A DNA stretch of 64,000 bases, taken from Bacteroidales bacterium. Lineage in GTDB: Bacteria > Bacteroidota > Bacteroidia > Bacteroidales > PUMT01. Below the pieces are notes generated by a model, which worked only from the letters and a program-made list of their open reading frames with translations, was not told the origin of the DNA and searched no databases. Position 1 is the stretch's first letter, and every line of letters begins with the position of its first letter. Of this stretch, positions 39,020 to 48,382 are shown piece after piece. Made by a program: the position numbers and the translations under genes. The stretch lies in contig SLKJ01000087.1 of assembly GCA_007134675.1 (NCBI GenBank), forward strand, positions 1,172 through 65,171. The letters are read 5' to 3'.

Positions 39020-41005
39020 ATGAGTAAATCAGAGGAAGAACAGTACCGCAAGGTGTTTGAATCAATGTCTATGATATCGGTTCAGGGATATAATGAGAGA
39101 CGTGAGGTTATATTCTGGAACGATGCCAGTGAGGCTCTTTACGGATATTCCAGGGAGGAGGCAATGGGCAGGAAACTGGAAGACCTTATTATTCCGGATG
39201 AGATCAAAGCCAGGGTGATAGAAGATATTGCAAACTATTTCGGATCAAATATAAAGATTCCAGCTTCAGAGCTGGTTCTGAAGAGAAAAGACGGTTCAAG
39301 ACTCAATGTTTTCTCTTCCCATGTAATGATCAGAAATACCAAAGGAGAAAAGGAGATCTATTCCGTAGATCTTGATCTTACACAGATAAACCGGCATCAG
39401 CTTATCCAGGAGGTCCTCAGTGATATTGCTGCAGCTACAAATACCAGTGTTGATTTTCAGGATTTTCTTAAAAAACTGAAGGATTCTCTTTCGAGGATAA
39501 TTAATACACAGAATTTCTTTATAGCACTTTATAATGAAGAGGATGATTCTCTTTCTCTGCCTATTTTTATTGATGATGTAGATCAGTTCGGAACCTTTCC
39601 TGCGGGAAGAACCCTTACTGCATATATGATAAGCAAAAATCAGCCGCTTTTACTCAACGAAAAGGAGATGGCTGCACTGGAGGATGAGGATATAATAGAC
39701 AGGGTAGGGTCTCCATGCAAGCTCTGGCTGGGTGTACCGCTCAGAAGGGATGATAAGGTTATGGGGGCCCTTGTTCTTCAGTCATATACCGATGACACAA
39801 TTTTTGATGAAACAGATATGCTTACCCTCCAGATTGTTTCTGAACAGATATCCATTGCAATCGACAGGAAGGCCAGGCAGGAGCAACTCCGCGAGAGCGA
39901 AAGGGCAATGAAAACGCTGATTTCAAATCTGCCGGGTATAGCATACCGGTGCAAGCCTGATGAATCTTTTACCATGGAATTTTTATCTGATGGTTTTTCG
40001 ATACTCACCGGTTATGATGCCAATGATTTTATTGGAAATAAACGATATAAATATGCCGATCTGATCCATCCTGATGACAGGTCTAAAGTCAGGGAAACTA
40101 TTAAAAGAGAAACCGATCGCATTGAACCATATTACCTGGTATACCGGATTACTGCAAAGGGAGGTGTTGTCAAATGGGTTTGGGAAAAGGGCACAGGCGT
40201 TTATGATGACAATGGCAATTTGCTTGCGCTCGAGGGTTTTATAATTGATATTACCGACCGGATCGAAATGGAAGAACAGATCATTCAGGCCAAGGAACGG
40301 GCTGAGGAATCAGACAGACTTAAGTCCGCCTTTCTCGCCAACCTTTCCCATGAGATCAGGTCGCCGATGAACAGTATAGTCGGATTCAGCCAATTGTTGA
40401 TGGGAGAGAAAGTGCCTGATCCGGTATCCCAATATGTTGATATTATCTTTCAAAGTTCTCGGCAGTTGCTCAATGTAATCAATGATATTGTTGATATGGC
40501 CAAGGTCGATTCTGGCCAGATGCTGGTCAGAAAAAAAGACTTTAATCCGGAAGTTGTAATTGAAAGCATGAAAAAATATGCAAAAGAGCAATTAGATAAT
40601 TACGCTGATAAACAGGTGATTATTTTATTATCTGCGCAACCGTCTCCTGATTATATTTCTTTATATTCTGATGAGATTCTCATACGAAAAGTTATGGTGC
40701 ATCTGATTAATAATGCAGTTAAGTTTACTGACAGGGGGAGTATCGAGATCGGATATGATATTGACATGAATGGGGTATTCCGGTTTTTTGTAAGGGATAC
40801 CGGAATAGGAATACCATCAACGGATCACAAGCTGGTATTTGAACGTTTCAGGCAGGTGGATGAAAGGTCAACCAGAAAGTATGAAGGAACCGGACTTGGA
40901 CTTTCAATATCAAAGGGGATAATCGGGCTCCTGGGAGGTAATTTATGGGTTGAAAGCTCCGAAGGAAGCGGGTCTGAATTTTATTTTACCATACCGGGTA
41001 AATAA
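39020..41005 (+). CDS. Cytoplasmic PAS-GAF-PAS sensor histidine kinase
   Basis: It has PAS segments, a GAF-like middle, a HisKA H-box (FLANLSHEIRSPMNSI) and HATPase_c boxes (DTGIGI, GTGLGLSI). There are no TM helices and no receiver domain. Confidence 0.88.
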   Translation: MSKSEEEQYRKVFESMSMISVQGYNERREVIFWNDASEALYGYSREEAMGRKLEDLIIPDEIKARVIEDIANYFGSNIKIPASELVLKRKDGSRLNVFSSHVMIRNTKGEKEIYSVDLDLTQINRHQLIQEVLSDIAAATNTSVDFQDFLKKLKDSLSRIINTQNFFIALYNEEDDSLSLPIFIDDVDQFGTFPAGRTLTAYMISKNQPLLLNEKEMAALEDEDIIDRVGSPCKLWLGVPLRRDDKVMGALVLQSYTDDTIFDETDMLTLQIVSEQISIAIDRKARQEQLRESERAMKTLISNLPGIAYRCKPDESFTMEFLSDGFSILTGYDANDFIGNKRYKYADLIHPDDRSKVRETIKRETDRIEPYYLVYRITAKGGVVKWVWEKGTGVYDDNGNLLALEGFIIDITDRIEMEEQIIQAKERAEESDRLKSAFLANLSHEIRSPMNSIVGFSQLLMGEKVPDPVSQYVDIIFQSSRQLLNVINDIVDMAKVDSGQMLVRKKDFNPEVVIESMKKYAKEQLDNYADKQVIILLSAQPSPDYISLYSDEILIRKVMVHLINNAVKFTDRGSIEIGYDIDMNGVFRFFVRDTGIGIPSTDHKLVFERFRQVDERSTRKYEGTGLGLSISKGIIGLLGGNLWVESSEGSGSEFYFTIPGK

Positions 41006-41053
41006 TTTTCAAATTTAGTTGTGACAATTTAATTGGCCAGGGAGAAACTTTGT

Positions 41054-41479
41054 ATGGGTAGAATAATTGGAATTGATGTAGGGCAAAAGAGAATCGGACT
41101 GGCTGTTACAGACCCCCTCAGGCTGTTTGCCACCGGTCTGGACACAGTCCCTGCCGGAAAAATATTCAGTTATCTGGCTGATTATATCCAGAAGGAAAAA
41201 GTTGATCTTTTTGTAGTTGGTTCACCCCTTACGATGAACAATAGACCATCTGAATCTGTTAAATATGTTAATCCATTTGTAAGAAAACTGGTAAAAACAT
41301 TTGATCCGATACCTGTTAAGCGTTTTGATGAGAGGTATACTTCAAAAATAGCAAAGCAGACTATTATTTCCGGCATACCCGGAAGGAAAGCGAGACAAAA
41401 CAAAGCTTTGGTTGATAAAATAAGTGCCGTTATAATGCTTCAATCATTTCTTGACCATGATAATTCCTTAAATAAATGA
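41054..41479 (+). CDS. ruvX: Holliday junction resolvase-like RuvX (YqgF)
   Basis: It begins MGRIIGIDVGQKRIGLAVTDP. I chose the ATG at 41054 over the TTG at 41033. Confidence 0.88.
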   Translation: MGRIIGIDVGQKRIGLAVTDPLRLFATGLDTVPAGKIFSYLADYIQKEKVDLFVVGSPLTMNNRPSESVKYVNPFVRKLVKTFDPIPVKRFDERYTSKIAKQTIISGIPGRKARQNKALVDKISAVIMLQSFLDHDNSLNK

Positions 41480-42027
41480 TATTGCCTGTTTATGTATACG
41501 GTTCACCAGTCCTGAGAAAGATCGCTGCAGATATTCCCGAGGATTATCCCGGACTGGATGAGTTAATCGAGACTCTTTTTGAAACTATGTACCATAGTGA
41601 TGGCATTGGCCTTGCTGCTCCTCAGGTTGGAAAGCCGATCCGGATTTTTGTTGTGGATGCATCTTCCCTTGAAGAGGATGATGAATCTCTGAAAGGTTTT
41701 AAAAAGGTGTTCATAAACCCCAGGATAATTTCCTATGAGGGTGAGATCAGTACATATAATGAAGGTTGTTTGAGCATACCTGATATAAGGGAGGATGTTG
41801 AACGGGAGTCTGCTATTATTATCCGTTACTGTGACAGGGAATTTAATTACAGGGAAGAGTATTATGAAGGCCTTGCAGCACGGATCATTCAACATGAATA
41901 TGATCATCTGGAGGGCAGGCTGTTTACCGACCTTATTTCCCCACTGAAGAAGCGCCTTCTTAAAAGGAAACTTACCTTGATCAGCAAGGGCATGATTGAT
42001 GTAAAGTACCGGATAAAGCATATTTAG
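41476..42027 (+). CDS. def: Peptide deformylase
   Basis: It contains GIGLAAPQVG, EGCLS and HEYDHL, and overlaps ruvX by ATGA. Confidence 0.95.
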   Translation: MILPVYVYGSPVLRKIAADIPEDYPGLDELIETLFETMYHSDGIGLAAPQVGKPIRIFVVDASSLEEDDESLKGFKKVFINPRIISYEGEISTYNEGCLSIPDIREDVERESAIIIRYCDREFNYREEYYEGLAARIIQHEYDHLEGRLFTDLISPLKKRLLKRKLTLISKGMIDVKYRIKHI

Positions 42028-42098
42028 CTAACTATACTATTGACTTAGTCCATGGTTTTCATTAACTTTAATAAAGGATGACAACCAAATGAAAAGAG

Positions 42099-44243
42099 AT
42101 GGGCTATTCAATGGGGTTACAAAGGATGCCTGCACTACGCCTTCTTCTTCCTTTTATTGCAGGGATCATACTCAGGGATAGTATTCAAATTCCTTTTCCA
42201 TTGCTTACAGCTGGTTGCTGTTTCTTCTTACTGCTTCTTTTTTTTATCCGGTTTTATGAACCGGCTAACATCAGTTATAATAAACGCTGGTTGTATGGCC
42301 TTGTTCTTAATTCTTTTATCATGATTTTTTCCATGTGCCTGCTGAGTAAAAAAATGCAGGCACCATCATTCATGGACCATGCAGGCAAAGGTGGTTTCAT
42401 TATTGCCAGGGTCGCAGAACCCCTGCTTGAGAGGGAAAGACGGTACAGAGTACTTATTGAGCCTTTGGCAGTTGTAGGGGGTGAGAGCATAAAAAAAACC
42501 ACCGGCAGGGCTTTAGGCTGGTTCGGGAAGGACAGCCTTGCCGGGATGCTCAGGGCAGGTGACCGACTGGTAATTCCCAACAGGTTCAGTGAAATAGGAA
42601 ATAATGGAAATCCCTTTGAGTTTAATTATCATAATTATATGAGGATACAGGGAGTATCAGGGGAGATCTTTCTGGATTCCGGACAATGGTTCCGGCTAGA
42701 ACAGGGAACTGCCGGAAATCTTAAATTAACAGCAGCCAGACTAAGGGAGCGTCTTTTGGATATTCTCGAGAGCAATGGTATAACGGGCAGGGAGTTTGCG
42801 ATTGCCGGAGCACTTATTCTGGGCTGCCGGAGTGAGATTGACCAGGAGACAAGACATTCATATGCTGCATCGGGTGCTATGCATGTACTGGCTGTATCAG
42901 GTCTGCATGTGGGAATAATTTACCTTCTGATTCACTGGATACTTGGATTTGTGAAGAAATTCAGATATCACAGAATTGTCCGGGTTATTATTATCCTTAT
43001 TATTATCTGGTTTTATGCTTTGCTCACCGGATTGTCCCCTTCTGTGACCCGCGCTTCTACAATGTTTTCATTTATAGCAGTTGCCGGATTGTTTCGCAGA
43101 TCAGCCTATATATTTAACACTCTTGCTTATTCTGCATTTTTTCAGCTTTTAATTAATCCATTTACTCTCTTCATGGTTGGATTCCAATTATCCTACTTTG
43201 CTGTTGCCGGGATTGCATACTACCAGCCGGTTATTTCCTCACTATTCAGGTTCCGGAACGTGCTGGCAGAAAAAGTATGGGCACTTTCTACTGTTTCTTT
43301 TTCGGCACAGCTGATAATATTTCCGCTCGGGATTTATTATTTCAATCAGTTTCCTAATTACTTTTTGTTAACTAACATACTTGCGGTGCCAATGGCAATG
43401 ATCATTCTATATCTGGGACTTGTACTTTTTATAATCTCATTTATTCCTTTTATTGCCTCTGTTGTGGCCTCCCTTTTGTATATTGCTTTGTATCTTCTCA
43501 ATTTTATTACCGGGACCATCAGCAATCTTCCTTTCTCTCATTCTTCAGATATGATCATAAACTTTCCGGTTCTTATTATCCTTTATGGTATAATCTTTTC
43601 GTTAACGCATTTCTTTATCCTTAAAAAATCATGGCTACTGCAGCTTTCAATCATTTTTGCTATAGCAGCCCTGGTATTTAGATCATGGTATTTGATAAGT
43701 ACATCAGAGCAGAAGAGTTTTTTGGTTTATAATTACGGCAGACACTCACTCTATAGTTTTATTTCCGGCAAACAAAACATTATTGTTTCAGGAAGGGATA
43801 GGGATATTGAAGAAGCTGTTATACCATATGCAGCTTCAAGAACTGCCCTGTTTATGAATACTGTGGAAGTGAGTGTTATTTCTGTAAGGGAAATGGTTGA
43901 TGGCAGAACTAATGGAATGCCCTGTCCATATTATGTAAAGGGCAGGTTTATTAATTTTTACGGATACATTATTTATTTTGCTGAAACCAACGATGCTGGT
44001 CCGCCTTATTTAATGAACCCTGTTCATATCGACATACTTGTAATCTCCTCCCGGTTCTCATCACCCCTGCATGAGATATCCAACATAGTAATTCCCGGTA
44101 AGGTAATTATAGATTCATCAGTCCCTTTTTACCTGAGGGCTGAATATATTCAGCAGTGTATAGAGCTGGGTCTGGAATACCATGATGTGCGCGGAGCTGG
44201 TGCGTTTAAAATTTCAGTTCACCAAGTCCCTGACGGATTATAA
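42099..44243 (+). CDS. comEC: ComEC/Rec2 family DNA internalization channel protein (no metallo-beta-lactamase domain)
   Basis: It has a multi-TM competence domain with SGAMHVLAVSGLHVGII. The exact start is uncertain. Confidence 0.82.
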   Translation: MGYSMGLQRMPALRLLLPFIAGIILRDSIQIPFPLLTAGCCFFLLLLFFIRFYEPANISYNKRWLYGLVLNSFIMIFSMCLLSKKMQAPSFMDHAGKGGFIIARVAEPLLERERRYRVLIEPLAVVGGESIKKTTGRALGWFGKDSLAGMLRAGDRLVIPNRFSEIGNNGNPFEFNYHNYMRIQGVSGEIFLDSGQWFRLEQGTAGNLKLTAARLRERLLDILESNGITGREFAIAGALILGCRSEIDQETRHSYAASGAMHVLAVSGLHVGIIYLLIHWILGFVKKFRYHRIVRVIIILIIIWFYALLTGLSPSVTRASTMFSFIAVAGLFRRSAYIFNTLAYSAFFQLLINPFTLFMVGFQLSYFAVAGIAYYQPVISSLFRFRNVLAEKVWALSTVSFSAQLIIFPLGIYYFNQFPNYFLLTNILAVPMAMIILYLGLVLFIISFIPFIASVVASLLYIALYLLNFITGTISNLPFSHSSDMIINFPVLIILYGIIFSLTHFFILKKSWLLQLSIIFAIAALVFRSWYLISTSEQKSFLVYNYGRHSLYSFISGKQNIIVSGRDRDIEEAVIPYAASRTALFMNTVEVSVISVREMVDGRTNGMPCPYYVKGRFINFYGYIIYFAETNDAGPPYLMNPVHIDILVISSRFSSPLHEISNIVIPGKVIIDSSVPFYLRAEYIQQCIELGLEYHDVRGAGAFKISVHQVPDGL

Positions 44244-44820
44244 GGGGCTCCTGGTCAGTACAGTCAACCACCGTTGAAGGTATATTGTGCCCGTAGCCAC
44301 CATCGATAACCACATCAACCAACTTTCCGAATTTCTCATGAATAAGTTCGGGATCAGTAGTATATTCCAGCACCTGATCATCATCATGAATTGAGGTTGT
44401 CAGAATTGGTTGACCAAGATTCTTTACTATTTCCAGAATTATATTATTCCCGGGTATACGGATTCCTACAGTCTTCTTATTGTTCTTGAAAAGTTTGGGG
44501 ACATTGTTGCTTGCCGGAAGTATAAAGGTAAAGGGTCCCGGGAGATTTTTTCTCAATAACTTGAATACAGAGCTTCCTATAGGCCTTACATAATCTGAAA
44601 GATGAGAGAAATCATGGCATATGAATGAAAAATTAGCATCTTTAATCCTTAAACCTTTAATTCTCGCCACTTTTTCAACTGCTTTCACATTGAAAATGTC
44701 ACATCCTAGCCCGTAAACCGTATCTGTAGGATAAACTACAAGTCCGCCGTTACGAAGTATTTCCACAACCTTTTGGATAGCCCGTGCACTTGGGTTTGAA
44801 GGGTGTATCTTCAGGAGCAT
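44206..44820 (-). CDS. tsaC: L-threonylcarbamoyladenylate synthase (YrdC/TsaC type)
   Basis: It contains VVYPTDTVYGLGCD and is 204 aa, with no Sua5 C-terminal domain. Confidence 0.88.
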   Translation of the reverse strand: MLLKIHPSNPSARAIQKVVEILRNGGLVVYPTDTVYGLGCDIFNVKAVEKVARIKGLRIKDANFSFICHDFSHLSDYVRPIGSSVFKLLRKNLPGPFTFILPASNNVPKLFKNNKKTVGIRIPGNNIILEIVKNLGQPILTTSIHDDDQVLEYTTDPELIHEKFGKLVDVVIDGGYGHNIPSTVVDCTDQEPLIIRQGLGELKF

Positions 44821-44873
44821 ATTAATTGTTGTTTAATAAAGATCAGGAAGTCTGCTCTAAAAATTTATAAAAA

Positions 44874-44974
44874 GTGGGTAAGCTACTTATATCGCACCGC
44901 TACAACCGTTTACCCTTGCTTCCTTCCGGACCTGGGGGAGTTCAACGGGAGCTGGTCGTATAAGACTTACCCAC
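44874..44974 (-). ncRNA. ffs: Small (4.5S-type) SRP RNA
   Basis: The minus strand carries the conserved domain IV core CAGGTCCGGAAGGAAGCA. The closing stem GTGGGTAAG/CTTACCCAC defines the ends, and T-rich sequence follows. Confidence 0.88.
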
Positions 44975-44976
44975 CA

Positions 44977-44984
44977 CAAAGTTA
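44977..44984 (-). promoter_or_regulatory. Candidate Bacteroidota -7 box (TAACTTTG) for ffs
   Basis: This is an exact TAnnTTTG match on the minus strand, ending 2 nt before the predicted SRP RNA 5' stem. Confidence 0.45.
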
Positions 44985-45040
44985 GTAAAACAAATTTTAG
45001 ATAAAAAAAATTTCATGTACATTTATCCTGTAAAAACAAG

Positions 45041-45077
45041 AGTCAAAATTTCGTAAAGAAGTTACAAAATTTTGACT
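45041..45077. repeat. Long imperfect palindrome / hairpin in the ffs-DUF4199 intergenic region
   Basis: The arms agtcaaaatttcgtaa and ttacaaaattttgact form 16 bp with one mismatch and a 5-nt loop. No U-tract follows on either strand. Confidence 0.8.
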
Positions 45078-45104
45078 GACAGGATGAACCGCTGCGCTTT
45101 CCGA

Positions 45105-45164
45105 TGAAATTTTTTTCATTTGTTAGTGTGTAATTTTAAATAAAAAAAATTTCATCTACATTTG
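45105..45164 (+). repeat. 60-bp element, copy B, ending in a TACATTTG -7 box facing the DUF4199 gene
   Basis: It is 60/60 identical to the reverse complement of 20235-20294. Internally it has a 12-bp inverted repeat, TGAAATTTTTTT ... AAAAAAATTTCA. TACATTTG lies at 45157-45164, 25 nt upstream of the ATG at 45190. Confidence 0.9.
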
Positions 45165-45189
45165 CGTACAATCACAAAAATGAACAAAT

Positions 45190-45726
45190 ATGGACGATAA
45201 TAAACAACCCTCATTGGTCAGAAGCACTATGAATTATGGTGCAATGCTTGGCCTGGCCCTTATAATATATACTATTCTGCTTTGGATGATGGATTCATTG
45301 ACCAGAACAGGCCTTGCCTCGGTAAGCTATCTTATTATGATAGCAGGTATTGTTTTTGCCACCCGATCATTCCGTGACCAGGAACAGGGTGGGGTCATTA
45401 CTTATGGTCGTGCTCTTGCGGTTGGAACCCTTACATGTGTTTTTGCCGGGGTAGTTACAGCATTTTTCACATATTTACTGTATACTGTAATCGATACCGG
45501 TCTTATTGATAAAACCTATGCTGCAATGGAGCAATCATACTATGATGCAGGCATGACAGACAGCCAGATAGAGATGGCCATGAGCATGGCAAAACGCTTT
45601 ACCAATCCGGTTATGATGTCTGTTATGAGTTTACTTGGCAGCGCATTTATGGGATTTATTTTTTCTTTGATAACATCCATATTTTTGAAAAAGGAGGAAG
45701 ATCCCTTTGAATCTGACAAGGTTTAG
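45190..45726 (+). CDS. DUF4199 family membrane protein
   Basis: It has four TM helices and an N-terminus (MNYGAMLGLALIIYTILLW) typical of DUF4199. It is followed by a GT2 gene, as is common in Bacteroidota. Confidence 0.65.
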   Translation: MDDNKQPSLVRSTMNYGAMLGLALIIYTILLWMMDSLTRTGLASVSYLIMIAGIVFATRSFRDQEQGGVITYGRALAVGTLTCVFAGVVTAFFTYLLYTVIDTGLIDKTYAAMEQSYYDAGMTDSQIEMAMSMAKRFTNPVMMSVMSLLGSAFMGFIFSLITSIFLKKEEDPFESDKV

Positions 45727-45746
45727 TTCCTGTTACTGGATTTATA

Positions 45747-46700
45747 ATGGATATCTCTGTTATCATACCCCTTTTTAACGAAGATGAGTCACTTTCTGAG
45801 CTTGTAGACCTGATAAGAGCGGTAATGGTTAGAAATTCAATCTCTTATGAGGTTATTATGATTGATGACGGAAGTACTGACAGATCATGGCAGGTTATCA
45901 AAAGGCTTGCTGACGGTAACAAATCTATAAAGGCGATACGGTTCAGGCGTAATTATGGTAAATCAGCTGCATTGTACTACGGATTCAGGTTATCGGAAGG
46001 AGATGTCGTAATAACTATGGATGCTGATTTGCAGGATGATCCTGATGAGATACCCCCGTTATACAGGATGATAAAGACCGATGGTTTTGATCTTGTTTCG
46101 GGGTGGAAAAAGAATAGACAGGATCCTCTTAACAAGAGAGTTCCCAGCCGGTTTTTCAATTTTACGGCAAGGTTAGTTACAGGTATAAAATTACATGATT
46201 TTAATTGCGGACTAAAGGCATACCGTAAGGAGGTTATTAAGAATATTGAGGTATACGGCGAAATGCATCGGTATATTCCAATGCTGGTAAGAGATGCCGG
46301 GTATACTAATATAGGAGAAAAGGTTGTAAAACATCATAAACGTAAATACGGGACAACAAAATTCGGTATGGAGCGATTCATCAAGGGCTTTCTCGACCTT
46401 CTGTCACTTTCGTTTGTTGCAAGGTTCGGTAAGAGGCCCATGCACCTCTTCGGCACTCTTGGCACCCTGATGTTCATTGTCGGCTTTATTGCAGCAGCCT
46501 ATCTCGGTGGTTCAAAACTTTTTTATTTAAGTAAAGGAATCAGGATCGGCCTTGTAACTGAAAGCCCCTATTTCTATCTATCCCTGACAGCAATGATAAT
46601 AGGCACCCAGCTTTTTCTTGCAGGATTTATTGGTGAGCTTATTACCAGGAATTCCCCATTCAGGAATTCCTACGAAATAGAGAAAAAAATAAATGTTTAG
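45747..46700 (+). CDS. GT2 polyprenol-phosphate glycosyltransferase (DPM1/GtrB/ArnC-like)
   Basis: It contains VIIPLFNE, IMIDDGSTD, the DAD motif (MDADLQDDP) and two C-terminal TM helices. Confidence 0.85.
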   Translation: MDISVIIPLFNEDESLSELVDLIRAVMVRNSISYEVIMIDDGSTDRSWQVIKRLADGNKSIKAIRFRRNYGKSAALYYGFRLSEGDVVITMDADLQDDPDEIPPLYRMIKTDGFDLVSGWKKNRQDPLNKRVPSRFFNFTARLVTGIKLHDFNCGLKAYRKEVIKNIEVYGEMHRYIPMLVRDAGYTNIGEKVVKHHKRKYGTTKFGMERFIKGFLDLLSLSFVARFGKRPMHLFGTLGTLMFIVGFIAAAYLGGSKLFYLSKGIRIGLVTESPYFYLSLTAMIIGTQLFLAGFIGELITRNSPFRNSYEIEKKINV

Positions 46701-46703
46701 ATT

Positions 46704-47837
46704 TTGAAGATACTTCTTGTCGGACCTGCATCACCTTTTAGAGGAGGTATTGCCAATTTCAATGATTCACTTTGTACTGTACTGGACAATAAACATGATG
46801 CCCGTATCATTAGTTTTTCATTACAATATCCCTCGCTTTTATTTCCGGGAAGAACTCAATATGAGGATAGTACTTCAGAGAGCGCAGTCCATTCAATAAA
46901 CCTTATAAACTCCATTAATCCCTTCAGCTGGCATTCTGCTGCAGCAGAGATAGCGAAAATGAAACCCGACTGCCTTGTTGTTCATTATTGGATGCCTTTT
47001 TTTGCACCTGCCCTGGGTTCAATAATAAGGAAGGTTAAAGATAAAATCAAGGTAAAAACAATAGGTCTGTTACATAATGTCGAGCCACACGAAGGCATGC
47101 TGGCAGGCAAAAGACTTGGCAGGTATTTCTTTGATTCGTGTGATGGATTTATTACCATGTCATCAACGGTGCTCTCTGACCTTAAAAATCAAGGCATAGA
47201 CAAACCGGCGATACTTATACCACATCCTGTCTATGATATTTTCGGCAAACCGGTGTCCCGTCAGTTTGCCTGTGAAAACCTCAGGCTCAATTGTAATCAG
47301 AAGCATCTTCTGTTCTTCGGGATCATAAGGAAATACAAAGGACTTGATCTTTTACTTGAAGCATTTGGAAGACAGAGGTTAAGCAACCTTAACATTAGAC
47401 TGATTGTTGCTGGCGAATTTTACGAAAAGGAGAGAAGATACATTGATCTGGTTCGGAAACTTGGGCTGAAACATAAGGTGATTTTTACCAGGGGGTTTGT
47501 TCCTAAAAATAAAGTGGCTCAATATTTTGCAGTATCTGATCTTGTGGTTCTCCCTTATCTTACAGCAACTCAGAGTGGTGTAACTCAGATTGCATATCAT
47601 TTCAATAAACCGATGCTGGTGACAAATGTCGGCGGACTGAAGGATGTGGTTGCCAGCGGAAAAGTTGGATATGTATGCGAAAAAGATCCTGATGATATCG
47701 CTGCTGCCATTGCAGACTTTTTTGAAAATAGCCGTTCATCCCTGTTTATTGAAAACATAAAGACAGAAAAGAAAAGGTTTTCATGGGATGCAATGGTGAC
47801 AGGGATCGAGGAACTTTACAGTGAGATAAAAAATTGA
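46704..47837 (+). CDS. GT4 (group 1) glycosyltransferase
   Basis: It has a GT-B fold and the C-terminal E-x7-E-like region (LPYLTATQSGVTQIAYHFNKPMLVTNVGGL). The start is TTG. Confidence 0.78.
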   Translation: MKILLVGPASPFRGGIANFNDSLCTVLDNKHDARIISFSLQYPSLLFPGRTQYEDSTSESAVHSINLINSINPFSWHSAAAEIAKMKPDCLVVHYWMPFFAPALGSIIRKVKDKIKVKTIGLLHNVEPHEGMLAGKRLGRYFFDSCDGFITMSSTVLSDLKNQGIDKPAILIPHPVYDIFGKPVSRQFACENLRLNCNQKHLLFFGIIRKYKGLDLLLEAFGRQRLSNLNIRLIVAGEFYEKERRYIDLVRKLGLKHKVIFTRGFVPKNKVAQYFAVSDLVVLPYLTATQSGVTQIAYHFNKPMLVTNVGGLKDVVASGKVGYVCEKDPDDIAAAIADFFENSRSSLFIENIKTEKKRFSWDAMVTGIEELYSEIKN

Positions 47838-47843
47838 CCGGCA

Positions 47844-48326
47844 TCACTCTTTATCTGTTTTGAGTTCAATTCTCAATATTTCTGCTACAACCTTATCAAC
47901 AGGGAAAGTCAGGTCGTCGCTCTTAAGCTCATTTATGTCTTTCCAGCGGAAGGACTGGCTGCCATCTATCAGTTCAGGAAAATCAAACGGCTTCACGGTT
48001 GTTTTGAATGAGACAGGATCAGGAAGGCTGATTCTGTAGTAAATGCTTATCAATTGATGATTGTCAAAAAACATCGCCTTCTGGTAAAAACCAGTTGTAT
48101 AAAAATGGCATATTATTTCAACCGGCTGACCAAATTCCTCCATTGCTTCCCTGTGCATGCAATCTTCGGGTCCTTCCCCAAACCTGAGTCCTCCACCAGG
48201 GAACTTTGTCATTTCCATACCAAACCTGTATTCATCACTGAGAAGAACCTCTTTACGATCATTTATTAAAATACCATAAACTCTTATGACAAATTGCCCG
48301 GGATTATGTCTGGTTTCCATGTGCAT
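47844..48326 (-). CDS. NUDIX hydrolase
   Basis: The Nudix box is GGGLRFGEGPEDCMHREAMEEFG. Confidence 0.85.
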   Translation of the reverse strand: MHMETRHNPGQFVIRVYGILINDRKEVLLSDEYRFGMEMTKFPGGGLRFGEGPEDCMHREAMEEFGQPVEIICHFYTTGFYQKAMFFDNHQLISIYYRISLPDPVSFKTTVKPFDFPELIDGSQSFRWKDINELKSDDLTFPVDKVVAEILRIELKTDKE

Positions 48327-48382
48327 TAAGTTAACTATTTTAATTTTAATGATGGTTTTTTTCTTATCTATCGGTTATCTCA

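Noticed and set aside
44803-44985. 60-aa plus-strand ORF
   Set aside because: It overlaps the tsaC start and the whole SRP RNA gene, so I treat it as spurious.
45105-45164. Interpretation of the 60-bp element as a MITE or as CRISPR-like repeats
   Set aside because: There are no target-site duplications, no transposase or cas genes, only two full copies in 64 kb, and no regular spacing. The identical placement of its TACATTTG box relative to two start codons fits a promoter module better. This remains open pending a genome-wide copy count.
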